A DNA stretch of 64,000 nt from Octopus sinensis (lineage: Eukaryota). A program made the translations under genes and the position numbers. The DNA lies in NCBI RefSeq assembly GCF_006345805.1, contig NC_043004.1:94984001-95048000 (forward strand), given 5' to 3'. Under the pieces are notes generated by a model that searched no databases, was not told the DNA's origin, and was given only the letters and a program-made list of their open reading frames with translations. Within the stretch, counting starts at the first letter, position 1; each line of letters starts with the position of its first letter. Shown here one piece after another: positions 13,119-25,837 of this stretch.

Positions 13119-13149
<31 letters not shown>

Positions 13150-13843
13150 CACAAACAGGCACATGCAAATGTTCACACGCATACTCAGACAAACCCAACC
13201 ACCCACACACCCACAGACACATGCATGTATACACACACACACACATATACACACGCACATATACCAATCTATATAATGAATAATTTCGGTCTCATGTAGA
13301 AGCGAACCATTTCACGCAATTGTCCAGAGACGCCATTTTTACACTGCATCAACAATATTGCTTATTAGCAGTAAAAAAAAACGTAGGTACACTCCCACCC
13401 CACATCTTCCCCTCTGTCGGCTTATGCAAGTGTGTATATTATATATATGTTTTTATATATATATATGCATATATTTATATATAATGTGTGTGTATGTGTG
13501 TATATGTATAGATATGTAAATTTATACGTATATATATATATGTATATAGACATACATATATATCTATGTATGTGCATATATATACACACACACACACATA
13601 CACATACACACACTCATGGCTTTAAGGAGAATCTAGTGTTGGAATTGTCAAAGAGTGAATAAGAGTGAATAAAGGAATGAGTAAGACAACAATCAGCTCA
13701 TCACAGGTGTGTATACATACATACACACATACGTAATATATATATACATATATATATATTATCTGTGATACATACATATGTGTGTGCGTGTATGTGAGTG
13801 CATGTATATATATATTATATATATATATATACCTGTAGGTGTG

Positions 13844-13882
<39 letters not shown>

Positions 13883-14212
13883 CATACATACACACCTACA
13901 GGTATACACATATGTACGTAATATATTTATATATTTATAAACTCTAGCATGTACCTTACAAAAATAACTTCATACACAGACACACATACATGTACATATT
14001 TGTGTGTATATATGTATATAAGTCTCTATGTACCGATGTGTGTGCTTATGTCAGTGTGTGTGTGCGTGCGTGTGTGTGTGTGTGCATACATGCAAGCATA
14101 AAAAACAGGAGAGAACGAAATAAACAGAGAGATTGCCAATCTGATAGATAAGACAGACAGAATGGGGTATGAGGGAGGGAGGAGAGGGAGGTATAGTGAA
14201 AGAGAGAGAGAG

Positions 14213-14243
<31 letters not shown>

Positions 14244-14660
14244 GAGACGGTAATGGAGATTGAAGGAGAAAGATAGAGTGAAAGTGAGAGAAAGATAAAG
14301 AGAAAGATAGTGCAAAAACCACACACACACACACACACACATACACACATACATACATACATACATACATACACACACACATACATACATACATACATAC
14401 ATACATACATACATACATACATACATACATACATACATACATACATCCAAGGTTCTCTTTTCTTTTCTGCGTTGATTTCGTCTTGATACCAAATGCAAGA
14501 AGACAGTGTAGTGTGATTTTGTCGAACACGTATTGGAATGCGTGCGTGTATGTGTGTGTGTCTGTTTTTGTGTATGTATATGTGAGTATGTGTGAGTGTG
14601 TGTGTGTGTCTGTGAGCGACAGAGAGAGACAGAGACAGAGTGAGTGATAAAGAATTCACC
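12700..14660. repeat. Extended microsatellite field: (CA)n, (AT)n, (CT)n, (GA)n, (ACAT)n
   Basis: Direct inspection; short unique spacers between tracts. Confidence 0.9.
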
Positions 14661-14782
14661 ATTGTACCAGCTTGTTTTGATCATCATTACTGTCATTTAT
14701 TGGAAAACTACACCAGGTTACTTAGTACAGGCAACGGTTGATGGAGGAATGCAGTCTGTGGAAGGATAGAAGTAAGAAATGA

Positions 14783-15741
14783 TGTTAGAGACGGTGGTGG
14801 TGGTGGTGGTTGTGGTGGTAGTGGTTGTGGTGGTGGTGGTGGTGGTGGTGGTAGTGCTGGTGGTGGTGTTTGTAGTGGTGGTGGTGATGGTGGTGTTTGT
14901 AGTGTTAGTGGTGGTGGTGGTGGTGGTGGTGGTGTTTGTAGTGGTATGGTGGTGTTTGTAGTGGTGGTGGTGGTGGTGGTGGTGGTAGTGGTAGTGGTGG
15001 TTGTGGTGGTGGTGGTTGTGGTGGTGGTGGTTATGGTGGTGGTTATGGTGGTGGTGGTGATTGTAGTTGTAGTGGCATTAGTGGTGGTGCTGGTGCTGGA
15101 GATGGTGCTGGTGGTGGTGGTTGTAGTACTAGTGATGGCGATGGTGATCGTGGTGTCGGTGGTGATAGTAGTGCTGGTGGTGATGGTGGTGGTGGTAGTG
15201 GTGCTGGTGTTGGAGATGGTGATGGTGGTGATTGAGATGGTGGTGGTGGTAGTAGTAATAGTGATGGTGATGGTAATCGTGGTGTCGGTGGTGATCGTGG
15301 TGGTAGTGGTGGTGGTGGTGGTGGTGGTGGTGGTGGTGATGGTGGTGGTGTAGTGAGGAAGGTGGTAATAGCTGGTGGTTGTGTTGGCAGAGGGATGGAG
15401 GTGGTATTTATGGCGAGGGGAAATGGTAGCGATTGGGGGGGGGGTCTGATGCCATTGATGTCGATGGTGCTGATGGTGGGAAGGGTTTGTAGTGATGGTT
15501 GGGTGGTAGTTACGGTGGAGTGGTGGTGATGGTGTGCGAGTGGTGACAATGAGGCTTGTGGGGATGGGTTAGACGTGATGGTGTTGGTGGTGTTGATGGT
15601 GATGTTGATGGTGGTGGTAGTGGTTCTGAGTAGCGGTGATAGTGGAGGTGAAGACAGTTAGAGTGGTGGTGGTAGTAGGAGAGAGGATAACAGTGATATT
15701 GGTGGTAGTGTTGCAGGTGGCAGCAGCAGCAGCAATAGCAA

Positions 15742-15779
<38 letters not shown>

Positions 15780-15857
15780 TTTACGGTGGTGGTGGTGGTA
15801 GTGGCAGCAGCAGCGACAGCGGCAGTAGTACTAGAAGTAGTAGTAGTAGTTGATGTT

Positions 15858-15892
<35 letters not shown>

Positions 15893-16190
15893 TGCAGTAG
15901 CAGCAGTAGTTGCAGCAGCAGCAGTAGTTGTAGTTGTAGTAAAAGTGGTGGTGGTGATGGTGATGGTGGGGGGAGTAGTAGTAAGGGTAATGATGTTAGT
16001 GGTGGTGAACGGGTGAGTTGTGGTGGTGGTGGTGGTGATGATGATGTTGATAGCAGGTAGTTGTTGATGATGGTGGTGGTGTTAGTATTGTTGTTGTTGT
16101 TGTTGTTGGTGGTGGTGGTCGTGTTGATAATGGTGGTGTTGATGGTGGAGATAGCGATGACGATGGAGACAATGATGACGACGACGCTGG
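14783..16190. repeat. 1.4-kb degenerate trinucleotide field (GGT/GAT/GTA/GCA/GTT)
   Basis: Direct inspection; source of the poly-V, poly-P and poly-H ORFs. Confidence 0.95.
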
Positions 16191-16479
16191 TGACAAAAAT
16201 TGAAAAAGATGTTTCGATATTGAGACTATACAAATGAATATAATTCAATGGCCATTCATCACTTTAAAAAAATATACTATACATATTGTGCATTTGTGAT
16301 AGTGTCAATACGTATTTGTCTCAGAGTATATGCTTCTATTATATACTTTTATGTATGTGCATCTGTTTATGTAAACGTATATGTGCGTCTGTTTACGTAA
16401 CTATGTAAACGGACGTATGTGTGTCGGCGTAGGTTTATATTTATGGATGTGGCTGTATGAATATATATGTGTGTATGTG

Positions 16480-16945
16480 TGTCTTCCAAAAAGAGGACAG
16501 GGCCTGTTGTGTTGCAGTGTATTTATGTGTTGTGATCCTGAAGAATTGCGTAGGTGACGTATGGCCTTTGATGCTAGCCTTGGATGAATTTTGAAGCTAA
16601 TGCTGAGGTCATTTGGGCAAATGCTGGTGGTATATTCTCCATATCGTGCAAATGATGTATCGCTCACGGCGGCGCTGGAGAGAATAGAGTTTCAATGCTT
16701 TGAGTGGGGTCCCAATAATCTTAGTGTGATTCAATTTTCGAAGTGTTTTGTTTTACCTGGGGAGACCACAGGGACTGTAGTATTCGAAGTGTGGCCCTAC
16801 AAAGGCAGAGTAAAGAGAAATGATGTCATTTTGTTCTCTGTACCGGAAGGTTCTTAGGATCCAGGAGCTCATCCTACGAGCTATATCGACCTTATTGTTG
16901 ATGTAGGCACTCCAGCTGAGATTGTTGTCAACAATTACTTGCCTT
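16480..16945 (-). mobile_element. CR1-like LINE 3' fragment, inverted relative to 17150-18780
   Basis: Reverse complement aligns to 18385-18780, including CTCCAGCGCCGCCGTGAGCGATACATCATTTGC (LQRRRERYII). Confidence 0.8.
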
Positions 16946-17149
16946 CCACAAACAAGCTTGCCCAGACTTGTGCTCGGAGGGGATATATATATAACTACAC
17001 GTATGCCGTAGGCGATTTCTTTTCCTTCTTTGGACTTTTCCCTTTCCCCTTCCGTTTTTATTCGTTTATTCGAACTGATTGTTTATTTGAATTGACTATA
17101 TAAAATTAACCAATTAAATTACTCTCACATACAACATCCACACTCAACA

Positions 17150-18780
17150 AGAATGAAAGGGTTTGAGTTGGAAAAACTTCATCTGCAGACCATCATAACA
17201 ACCTGCCATGAAAATCAAAGAGCTGCAGAAGAACAGAAGGTAATCAAAATCAATAAAACCGAACCCAAAAGTCTTCTATTCATATGCAAATAAGCATAGG
17301 ACCGCTGTCTCACCTGTTGGTCCATTGATCAATGATAGGGCATTCTCCAACATTATGCTAAAGAAATGGCAGAAGTATTGCAGAAACAATACTGTTCTGC
17401 CTTTAATGATCCCACTGATATTGACGTAAGTGATGTAAACGAAGTCGATTCTCAACGAATAATCTCGGGCATAACCTTTACTGCTTCAGACATCATAGCA
17501 GCAATAAGCGAGATCAAATACTATTCTGCTGTAGGCCCTGATAGATTCCCCGCTAGTCTCCTGAAGGAATGTTGACACCAACTTGCAGTCCCTCTAACCA
17601 ACCCCTAGATAAACTCTTTAGACTCATGTTATATACGGAAACAGTTCTTATCCCAGTCTGTCATCCCGGTTTTCAAACAAGGAAACAGATCCCTCGTAGT
17701 CACCTATCGTACAATCTCACTCACCCCCATATCATTAAAATGTTTGTAAGGGTGGTGAGATCAAGGATAGCTGGCTTCCTGGAGAACAACAATCTCCTAA
17801 ATTCAAACCAGTATGACTTTCACTGCGGCATGGAATTTCTAACACAGCTTTTACACCACATCGATGTCCTTAAAGCCTTAGAATCACGTTCGAACTCTGA
17901 TGTCATATATCATGACTTCAGTTAAGCGTTCGACAGAGTCGACCATAATATCCTACTGTCAAAATTGTCAAATACTGGAATCTGTGGAAAACTACGATAC
18001 TGGATGGAGTATTTGCTGGAGAACAGAACACAGGTTGTGATCGGTAGAATCCACTCAAGCCCAGCAAAAGTCGCCAGTGGTGTCCCTCAAGGGACTGTCA
18101 TGGATCTGCTTCTGTTTATAGTCTGTATAAGCAACCTTTCCAGCGTCATAAGACACAAAGTGAAAATATTCGCTGCTGACTCTAAGCTCCAGAAAAGTAT
18201 CGACGGAGAAGAAGACCGAACTGAACTCCAGTCTGAACTACATGCTGTGAGTCAATGGGCGAACAAAAGCAGAATGCAATTAAACGAGGGAAAATTTGAG
18301 CTGATGCATTTCGGAAGAAAGACTATGCTGAAACAGCCATACACCCTTCCTTCCACTCACATCTAATAATATCAGAAACCTAGGAGTAATTGCTGGCAAC
18401 AATCTCTGCTGGAGTGCCCTCATCAACAATAAGGTCGATATAGCCCGTAGGATGAGCTAAGAACTTTCCGGTCCAGAGAACAATGTGTCATCATTCCTCT
18501 TTTCTCCGCCTTTGTATGGCCACACTTCGAATACTGCTGCTCTCTGTGTTCTCCTCATGCAAAACAAAATACTTCGAAAACTGAATCACACTAGAGATTA
18601 TTGGGACCCCACTTAAAGCATTGAAAATCTATTCTCTCCAGCGCCGCCGTGAGCGATACATCATTTGCACGATGTGGAGAATATACTAACAGCATTTGTC
18701 CAAATGACCTCAACATTAGCTTCAAAATTCATCCAATGCTAGCACCACAAGTCACACGTCACCTACCCAATTCTTCAGGT
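17150..18780 (+). pseudogene. CR1-like LINE reverse transcriptase pseudogene
   Basis: Broken frames give NPKVFYSYA, SAVGPDRFPASLLKEC, NLLNSNQYDF, VIYHDFS*AFDRVDH, SGVPQGTV, KIFAADSKL (YADD site degraded), QLNEGKFELMHFG. Confidence 0.9.
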
Positions 18781-18960
18781 AAAGGTTGCTTAAACAGACT
18801 ATAAACAGAAGCAGGACCATAACAGTCCCTTGAGGGACACCACTGGCGACTTTTGCTGGGCTTAAGTGGATTCCCCCGATCACAACATGTTTTGTTCTCC
18901 AGAAAATACTCCATCCAGTATAGTAGTTTTCCACGGATTCCAGTATTTTAAACAATTTTT
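18781..18960 (-). mobile_element. CR1-like fragment, inverted copy of 17960-18139
   Basis: Minus-strand translation HVVIGGIHLSPAKVASGVPQGTVMVLLLFIV; abuts the 3' end of the plus-strand copy. Confidence 0.85.
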
Positions 18961-19150
18961 CTAGAAACAGTGAATTAGCCCTGAGATTCAATACACACAA
19001 AAAAAAATTCACTAATCTTTAGAAGTGGCGGGGTTGATTCTTCAGCACAAATTCTTCCAGGCAACATGGCCGCAGTCTAATGACTGAAATAAGTAAAAGA
19101 TAAAAGATAATATATACTATTTCTACTACTACTACTACTACTACTACTAC

Positions 19151-19178
<28 letters not shown>

Positions 19179-19183
<5 letters not shown>

Positions 19184-19644
19184 TCATGCCTCCCCATTGA
19201 TATGACTGTTCCAATCGATATAAACGTATCTGTTAAGACCTACCAAAAACTGAGCAAATATAAAGATCTTGAAATAGAAATTAGCAAAATGTGGAACCTG
19301 AAGACTAAAACAATACCTGTTGTCATAGGTGCCCTGGAAAAGATAGCAAAAGGGACTGATTGCTACTTAGCTCAGATACCAGGAAACCCCAAAATTCAAA
19401 AGATAGTGCTCATGGGAACTGCTCATATCCTACACAAAATACTTTCTATGTAATCTCAATTTTTAAAGCAAACATAATTTTCTTATGGTTTCTTAAACAT
19501 TCACTAGTACAACACTAAGTACAAAACGAAATATATGGCACCCTAGGCATAACACCAGCATGAACTTCCAGCTTGTTGTCTCCTGAGGTCTCTGGGTGAG
19601 ACTTGGAGCCAACTTGTACAAATGTAAAGCAAAAGTTCAAACAT
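19179..19644 (+). mobile_element. 5'-truncated R4/Dong-like retrotransposon (restriction-like endonuclease end)
   Basis: IDMTVPIDINVSVKTYQKLSKYKDLEIEISKMWNLKTKTIPVVIGALE matches the RLE C-terminal pattern; (TAA)n on both sides; second copy at 57368-57714. Confidence 0.8.
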
Positions 19645-19663
19645 AGAATAATAATAATGATTA

Positions 19664-20080
19664 TAGGCGCAGGAGTGGCTGTGTGGTAAGTAGCTTGCTA
19701 CCAACCACATGGTTCCGGGTTCAGTCCCACTGCGTGGCATCTTGGGAAAGTGTTTTCTGCTATAGCCCCGGCCGACCAATGCCTTGTGATCAACTTTGGT
19801 AGACGGAAACTGAAAGAAGCCTGTCGTATATGTGTAGATATATAAATATGTATGTGTGTGTGTTTGTGTGTCTGTGTTTTGTCCCCCTAGCATTGCTTGA
19901 CAACCGATGCTGGTGGTGTTCACGTCCCCGTCACTTAGCGGTTCGGCAAAAGAGACCGATAGAATAAGTACTGGCTTACAAAAATAAGTCCCGGGGTCGA
20001 TTTGCTCGACTAAAAAAGGTGGTGCTCCAGCATGGCCGCAGTCAAATGACTGAAACAAGTAAAAAAGTAAAAGAGAGAGT
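19664..20080 (+). mobile_element. SINE family B
   Basis: Full head to AAGAGAGAGT tail; sits in the TAA tract next to the R4/Dong-like copy. Confidence 0.92.
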
Positions 20081-20081
20081 A

Positions 20082-20135
<54 letters not shown>

Positions 20136-20907
20136 GAAAGTATGGATTATCTGTTATTCCTACAATTGTATGGTAAAATTCTTTACTGTGGCATAAGCAG
20201 AATATAATTACTTAGATTGTGTAAAATGTTCCGAAGCTCCCAACTCATCAGGCATCAGAGTGTGCTAAGACTGGATTACTCCTCAACCGTCTGTTTTGCG
20301 TCATTCTGTCTAGCTAATTTGTGGTGTGCTCCAATTTGATATGACTTGATCCTTCGTGGATCCCCTGTAATCAGAACTTTGTACATTCAGTGGTTACAAC
20401 ATCGGGCTTCTAACTCCTGTGAGTTCGATTCAATCGTGCTTTACGCAAGACATGTGACCCCTCAGAACTCTTTTATTTTATGAGAATTTGCATTCTACAC
20501 GCGGAAATTCATACGATTATGCAAAAACAAAAATTGTGCATGATTCAATGCCTATTTAGTTATTACTTTTAGCACGTATCACGACCACCTCATACTTTGT
20601 GTGTTTTAAGCATTTAGTAAACAAAAAATGACCGTTTGAGTAAGCAGCTTGTTACTATGGCTTGAGTAAGCAGCTTGTTACTTGGCTTGTTACTATGGAA
20701 ACAGGCACCAAAATGTTTGTGGTTTTCGATTAGCTAAAGTTACCCCCAAATTCGTTAACTCTTATATATTGATTTAAGGCGAAAATGAATTTCATGTCCA
20801 TGGTTACCTTCCAAAACGCCAAATATGAAATCAATTGGAGCAAAAACTGAAGAAATTGGAAAGTGGCAGCCAAACGGAAAAGATCCCTTATTAGTTTTTG
20901 TAAAACC

Positions 20908-21208
20908 TACTACTTATTCTATCGGTCTTTTGCCGAACTGCCAAGTTACAGAGACGTAAACACACCAACACCGGTTGTCAATCGGTGTTAGGGACAAATA
21001 CAGACACAAATACACACAGCAGTGATACGCACACATATGTATACACACATACATGCACGACGTACTTCTTTCAGTTTCCACTAACCAAATACACTTGCAA
21101 AGTTGAGGTTGTATAGTAGAAGACACTTGCCAAAGGAGTCACGCAGTGGGACTGAACCTGGAAGCAAGTGGTTAGGAAACAAACATTTTACCATACCAGC
21201 CACGCATG
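20908..21208 (-). mobile_element. Diverged SINE family B
   Basis: GTAGAAGACACTTGCC..CGCAGTGGGACTGAACC on the plus strand; a separate tail fragment lies at ~21322-21427. Confidence 0.75.
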
Positions 21209-21423
21209 AAAAGGATTGTGAAAGGTTCATGATGAGGAAAAAAAAGCTACGACAGACAGAGCTGAATGGGGAAATGCTGCGTTTGATAAATGGCGTAATG
21301 ATAAGAATTAGAATTATCTATTTCTTTTATTCTTTTATTCATTTCTGTCGTTTGACTAAGGCCATGCTGAAGCACTGCCTTCGAGTGTTTTAGTCGAATA
21401 AATTGACCCCAGGATTTATTCTT

Positions 21424-22107
21424 TTAAGCGTCATAAGTGAAATGTGTGGTCGAGCATTGTCATGAAGAATGATTGGCCTTCTTCTGTTGACCATTCTGGG
21501 ATTGATGAGTAGCAGATTTCCCTTTTTTTTTTGGCAATTTCGTGGCAATATGTTTCTCCTGTAATGGTTTTTTTCGGGTTTTAAGAAGTTACAGTACACC
21601 ACCAAACAGTTACCATAACCTCGGTTAAGGGAAGGTTTTCGGTGCTTCATCCCAAGTTACAATACGATCGAGAAATGGATCGGTCTGGTTACGGAGAAGA
21701 AACGACGAGCAAATTTCATATCTGCGCATTTTCTGATTTTTATTCAAATCGTGTGGTACCCATTTGTCGAGCTTTTTTGACTTTTCGATCGCATGCAATT
21801 GGTTGCAAGCAGTTTTCTGGTTAACGTGAGGTTCTTTTGCCAGTTCTCGAGTGATTTTGCGTGGATTTTTCTCAATAACGGTCTTTCATTGACCGTCATC
21901 GATGATAGATGGGCATTCACTACGCTCACAATTTTCAAGGCTCAGATCTACACTGCGGAATTGTTCAAACCCTTTTTGAGCTGACCACTCACTAGTCATT
22001 TCCTCACCAAACGTTTCGTTGATATCGCGAGCAGTTTCAGCTACTTTGCGTCTTTTTGGGAGGTTGAATTGCAAAATTGCTCGAATATAACGCTTTGACA
22101 GTTCCAT
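21424..22107 (-). pseudogene. mariner transposase pseudogene (Hsmar1/SETMAR-like, cecropia-type)
   Basis: MELSKRYIRAILQF..AETARDINETFG..LENCERS, then KLDKWVPHDL, PFLDRIVTWDE and RRPIILHDNARPH across frameshifts; C-terminus missing. Confidence 0.88.
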
Positions 22108-23066
22108 TTCAGATGTTTGTAACAACCGTGAAAAAAATATCAATGTTAATTTATTGATGCATTTGAGCAAGTGTATGTCTGTTTTATCAGACAATTGCAA
22201 AAAAGAAAAAAATGCTTAAATAAAATTCAAAGCTCTTCAAGAATCCGGTACAGATTCCTCATGGTTCAAAACGTTGATTGTTTTTTTTACTCAACCTGAT
22301 ACATATAAGGTAAGGTTTATCTGTTCAAAAATTCAACTGCTCTTTCTAATTGGCCGAACAACTATACATACTCGCCTCTAATGCTTGAACAACGAAACAT
22401 CAGGTATAAAGTGTACGTGTGTGATACTATACAATTGCATATTTTTCATCCAAGTAACGTACACGCACTTCTACAACTGTAAGGAAAAACTTATACACAT
22501 CCTTATTATGTATAAGCGTGTAAGGTATAGTTATATACAACAGAAGAGTAAATACCATAGGTAGTGTGGTGCACATTGTACATAAGCCTAGTGTAAGAGT
22601 GTGAAGTTTTCAGACAATAGCTGGAGCGTTTGTATGTTTACTGCAGTATCTTGGGAGTATTTAGTTCTATTAAAAAGTTTCTACTTGCGAGCTAATTCCT
22701 TTGGCCACGTATAACCGAAACATAGCAAACAGTCTCATAGGCCTATTGCAGCTACAAGAACAACAGTAGTTAACGAAGCAGCAATGCAGATTACGAACGT
22801 TGAGGACATGTGAATTTTACTTCATACTGAGCGGGAAGGGAAGCTTGTGTGTATGCAGAAAATTGACTTGAGTGTGCGTGCATGCGCGCGTGTGCTTGTT
22901 GGAAAAAACTCAAGAGATAAACTATCGGAATACAGAAATCATAATACTGCTTTAGGATAGACGAAGATAAGTATGTAGATGTATGTATGCCATCGTAAAC
23001 ATTATTGGCATCATCATCATCATTATTATCATCATCATCATCATTATTATCATCATTATCTTCATC

Positions 23067-23482
23067 GGATCTTTTCGGTTTGAACGGCAGTTTTTTCTAG
23101 CCGTGTCATATGAAATTGTCACCCATAATTATGACCCTAGTATCGATCTATTGCATTTCAATCTGTTTTAGGGTTAGGGTTAGGGGTGGGGGGAAAGGGT
23201 ATCATTTTTCTTCAGAAATGTAAATAAACCTAATATGTTTCTTAAACGAGGGACATATTCATACGGCACAGAATGTTTTTTACCTCAATAGACGTCATTG
23301 ATTGGTTGAAATTGCAGAAATTGAAGAAAGAACAACAAATATCTTAAAAACTATAGAATTTTCTCAATAAAACCATGAAAAAAAGATGTTTTATAAACAC
23401 ATTCTACCAGTATACGAAGTTTAAAAGTGTTTAGTTATGTGGAAATTATCTTAAAAAACTGCCGTTCAAACCGAAAAGATCC
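23067..23482 (+). mobile_element. MITE with GGATC-ended ~28-bp TIRs, 8-bp TSD and internal TTAGGG repeats
   Basis: GGATCTTTTCGGTTTGAACGGCAGTTTT / AAAACTGCCGTTCAAACCGAAAAGATCC; flanks TCTTCATC / TCCTCATC (one mismatch). Confidence 0.9.
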
Positions 23483-23758
23483 TCCTCATCGACTTCACCT
23501 TGCATCTGTTTTTCTATGTTTAAATGGTCTGGACAGATACGAAATCTTCATCTGCAAAATAATGTCCCGCTAAACGTTGCAGTCTGTTGTTATTTGTTTC
23601 ATGAGTTTCAACCATTCGAGCTCATCTTCCACCGATTCTTCCCATGTTTTTTTTTTCTTTTTTCCTTGGTCTTTCTCTTCTGCAGGGTCATTTCAGTCAC
23701 GTTTTTAACTAACACCCATCAATTCTCTTGCGCAGTTAAAAAAAAGCATTTGCCGGTA

Positions 23759-24160
23759 TAGGCGCAGGAGTGGCTGTGTGGTAAGTAGCTTGTTTACCAA
23801 CCACATGGTTCCGGGTTCAGTCCCACTGCGTGGCACCTTGGGCAAGTGTCTTCTACTATAGCCTCGGGCCGGCCAAAGCCTTGTGAGTGAATTTGGTAGA
23901 CGGAAACTGAAAGAAGCCCGTCGTATATATGTGTATATATGTATGTGTGTGTGTGTCTGTGTTTGTCTCCTCCCAACATCGCTTGACAACCGATGCTGGT
24001 GTGTTTATGTCCCCGTTACTTAGCGGTTCGGCAAAGAGACCGATAGAATAAGTACTGGGCTTACAAAAGAATAAGACCCGGGGTCGAGTTGCTCGATTAA
24101 AGGCGGTGCTCCAGCATGGCCGCAGTCAAATGACTGAAACAAGTAAAAGAGTAAAAGAGT
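23759..24160 (+). mobile_element. SINE family B
   Basis: Complete copy; CCGGTATA recurs on both flanks (possible decayed TSD). Confidence 0.92.
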
Positions 24161-24551
24161 ATGTCATTACCGGTATATCTCAATCTCCAACAAAACCTCA
24201 AAACGGATTATCGGAAATTTGAAGTCTAAGGAATCTTATCTTATTCATAAATTAAATCTCTCCATCGAAAACAGATAATAATTGCCCGACGCTATTGGTT
24301 AATATAACACTGCGCTATTCATACCTCCTTCCCACGCATCTGTGTATATCGGAGTTAAGATCAGTCTCTGTTTAGAAACGGAAATATTGGAATATAAGGT
24401 TGAAGTGTGAAACATTGTTTTCGTTTATTTTTTTCGTTGTCACTACTTTAACGTAACTTGCTATGTAGTGGCTTCTTGAATCACTTTATATATACATATA
24501 TACATACATATGCATAGGAATGTATGTATAACTATATATATATATGTATAC

Positions 24552-24715
<164 letters not shown>

Positions 24716-24795
24716 CACACGCAAATAGTTATAACTGAACATAAAAACAAGCGTTAATATGTGTGTGGTGTGTGTGTGTGAGTGTGTGTGCGTGT

Positions 24796-24855
<60 letters not shown>

Positions 24856-24969
24856 TGAGTGTGTGTGAGGATAAAATCTATAAAAGAATTTATCAAGTAG
24901 CCGGCTTGAAGAACCAGTTCAGGAAAAAATTAATACAAAATATATAATTTTTCCCTTTAAATATAAATA

Positions 24970-25339
24970 AATATTTCTTTACTACCCACAAGGGGCTAAA
25001 CACAGAGAGGACAAACAAGGACAGACAAACGAATTAAGTCGATTATATCGACCCCAGTGTTTCATTGGTACTTAATTTATCGACCCCGAAAGGATGAAAA
25101 GCAAAGTCGACCACGGCGGAATTTGAATTCAGAACGTAGCGGCAGACGAAATACCTATTTCTTTACTACCCACAAGGGGCTAAACACAGAGAGGGCAAAC
25201 AAGGACAGACAAACGGATTAAGTCGATTACATCGACCTCAGTACGTAACTGGTACTTATTTAATCGACCCCGAAAGGATGAAAGGCAAAGTCGACCTCGG
25301 CGGAATTTGTGCTCACTTTTCTGCCAGCTCGCCGTCTTA
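24970..25339 (-). mobile_element. SINE family A dimer with 15-bp TSD
   Basis: TSD CTTTAAATATAAATA at 24955-24969 and 25340-25354; internal restart GAAATAGGTATTTCGTCTGCC on the minus strand. Confidence 0.9.
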
Positions 25340-25438
25340 CTTTAAATATAAATACATTCATTATATTAAGGGCTATTATTACTAGACGTAAATGCCTCAC
25401 GTTGTAATGGGACTCTGAAGTCAAACTACTTTAATAAA

Positions 25439-25837
25439 TACTAGCAGTATCGCTCGGCGTTGCTCGGGTTTGTAAGGGAAATAACTATATAAGCATTTTT
25501 AGAGATGTAAAGTATAATAGCCATCTCAATATGGCTAACCACAAAGGGGGGGTGTTATTGTAGCTTTTTACGTTCTGAGATTTAATAATAAATTTTTAGA
25601 GAGTTACTTCCCTTGTATATGCCAAAAATGCATTAAAAATGGGAAAAATTGATGGTAAATTTTGTTTAAAATCGTAGACTCATGGTAGACGCGCGCTAAT
25701 ACCCAGAAGGTATCGATATGAATCACGACTATAAGATACCCGGGTTTGGTTAAACTGCACCGCAAAATGTGGGAGTAGTTAGGAATCTAAATCGTAGGAG
25801 ACAGACAGCACACAACCTCTCTTTTATATATAAAGAT
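25439..25837 (+). mobile_element. DINE-1/HINE-like non-autonomous element
   Basis: TACTAGCAGTATCGCTCGGCGTTGCTCGGG ... ACAGACAGCACACAACCTCTCTTTTATATATAAAGAT. Carries an extra internal segment with hairpin TAGCCAT-N6-ATGGCTA that is absent from 11748-12146. Confidence 0.72.

Noticed and set aside
20221-20252. Minus-strand CTGATGAG..CGGAAC hammerhead candidate
   Set aside because: Core 5' half intact, but GAAA is altered and stems I and III are unconvincing; at most a remnant.
20639-20886. 26-bp tandem duplication and a solo GAAAAGATCC end resembling the MITE TIR
   Set aside because: No matching left TIR or TSD found, so no element can be delimited.
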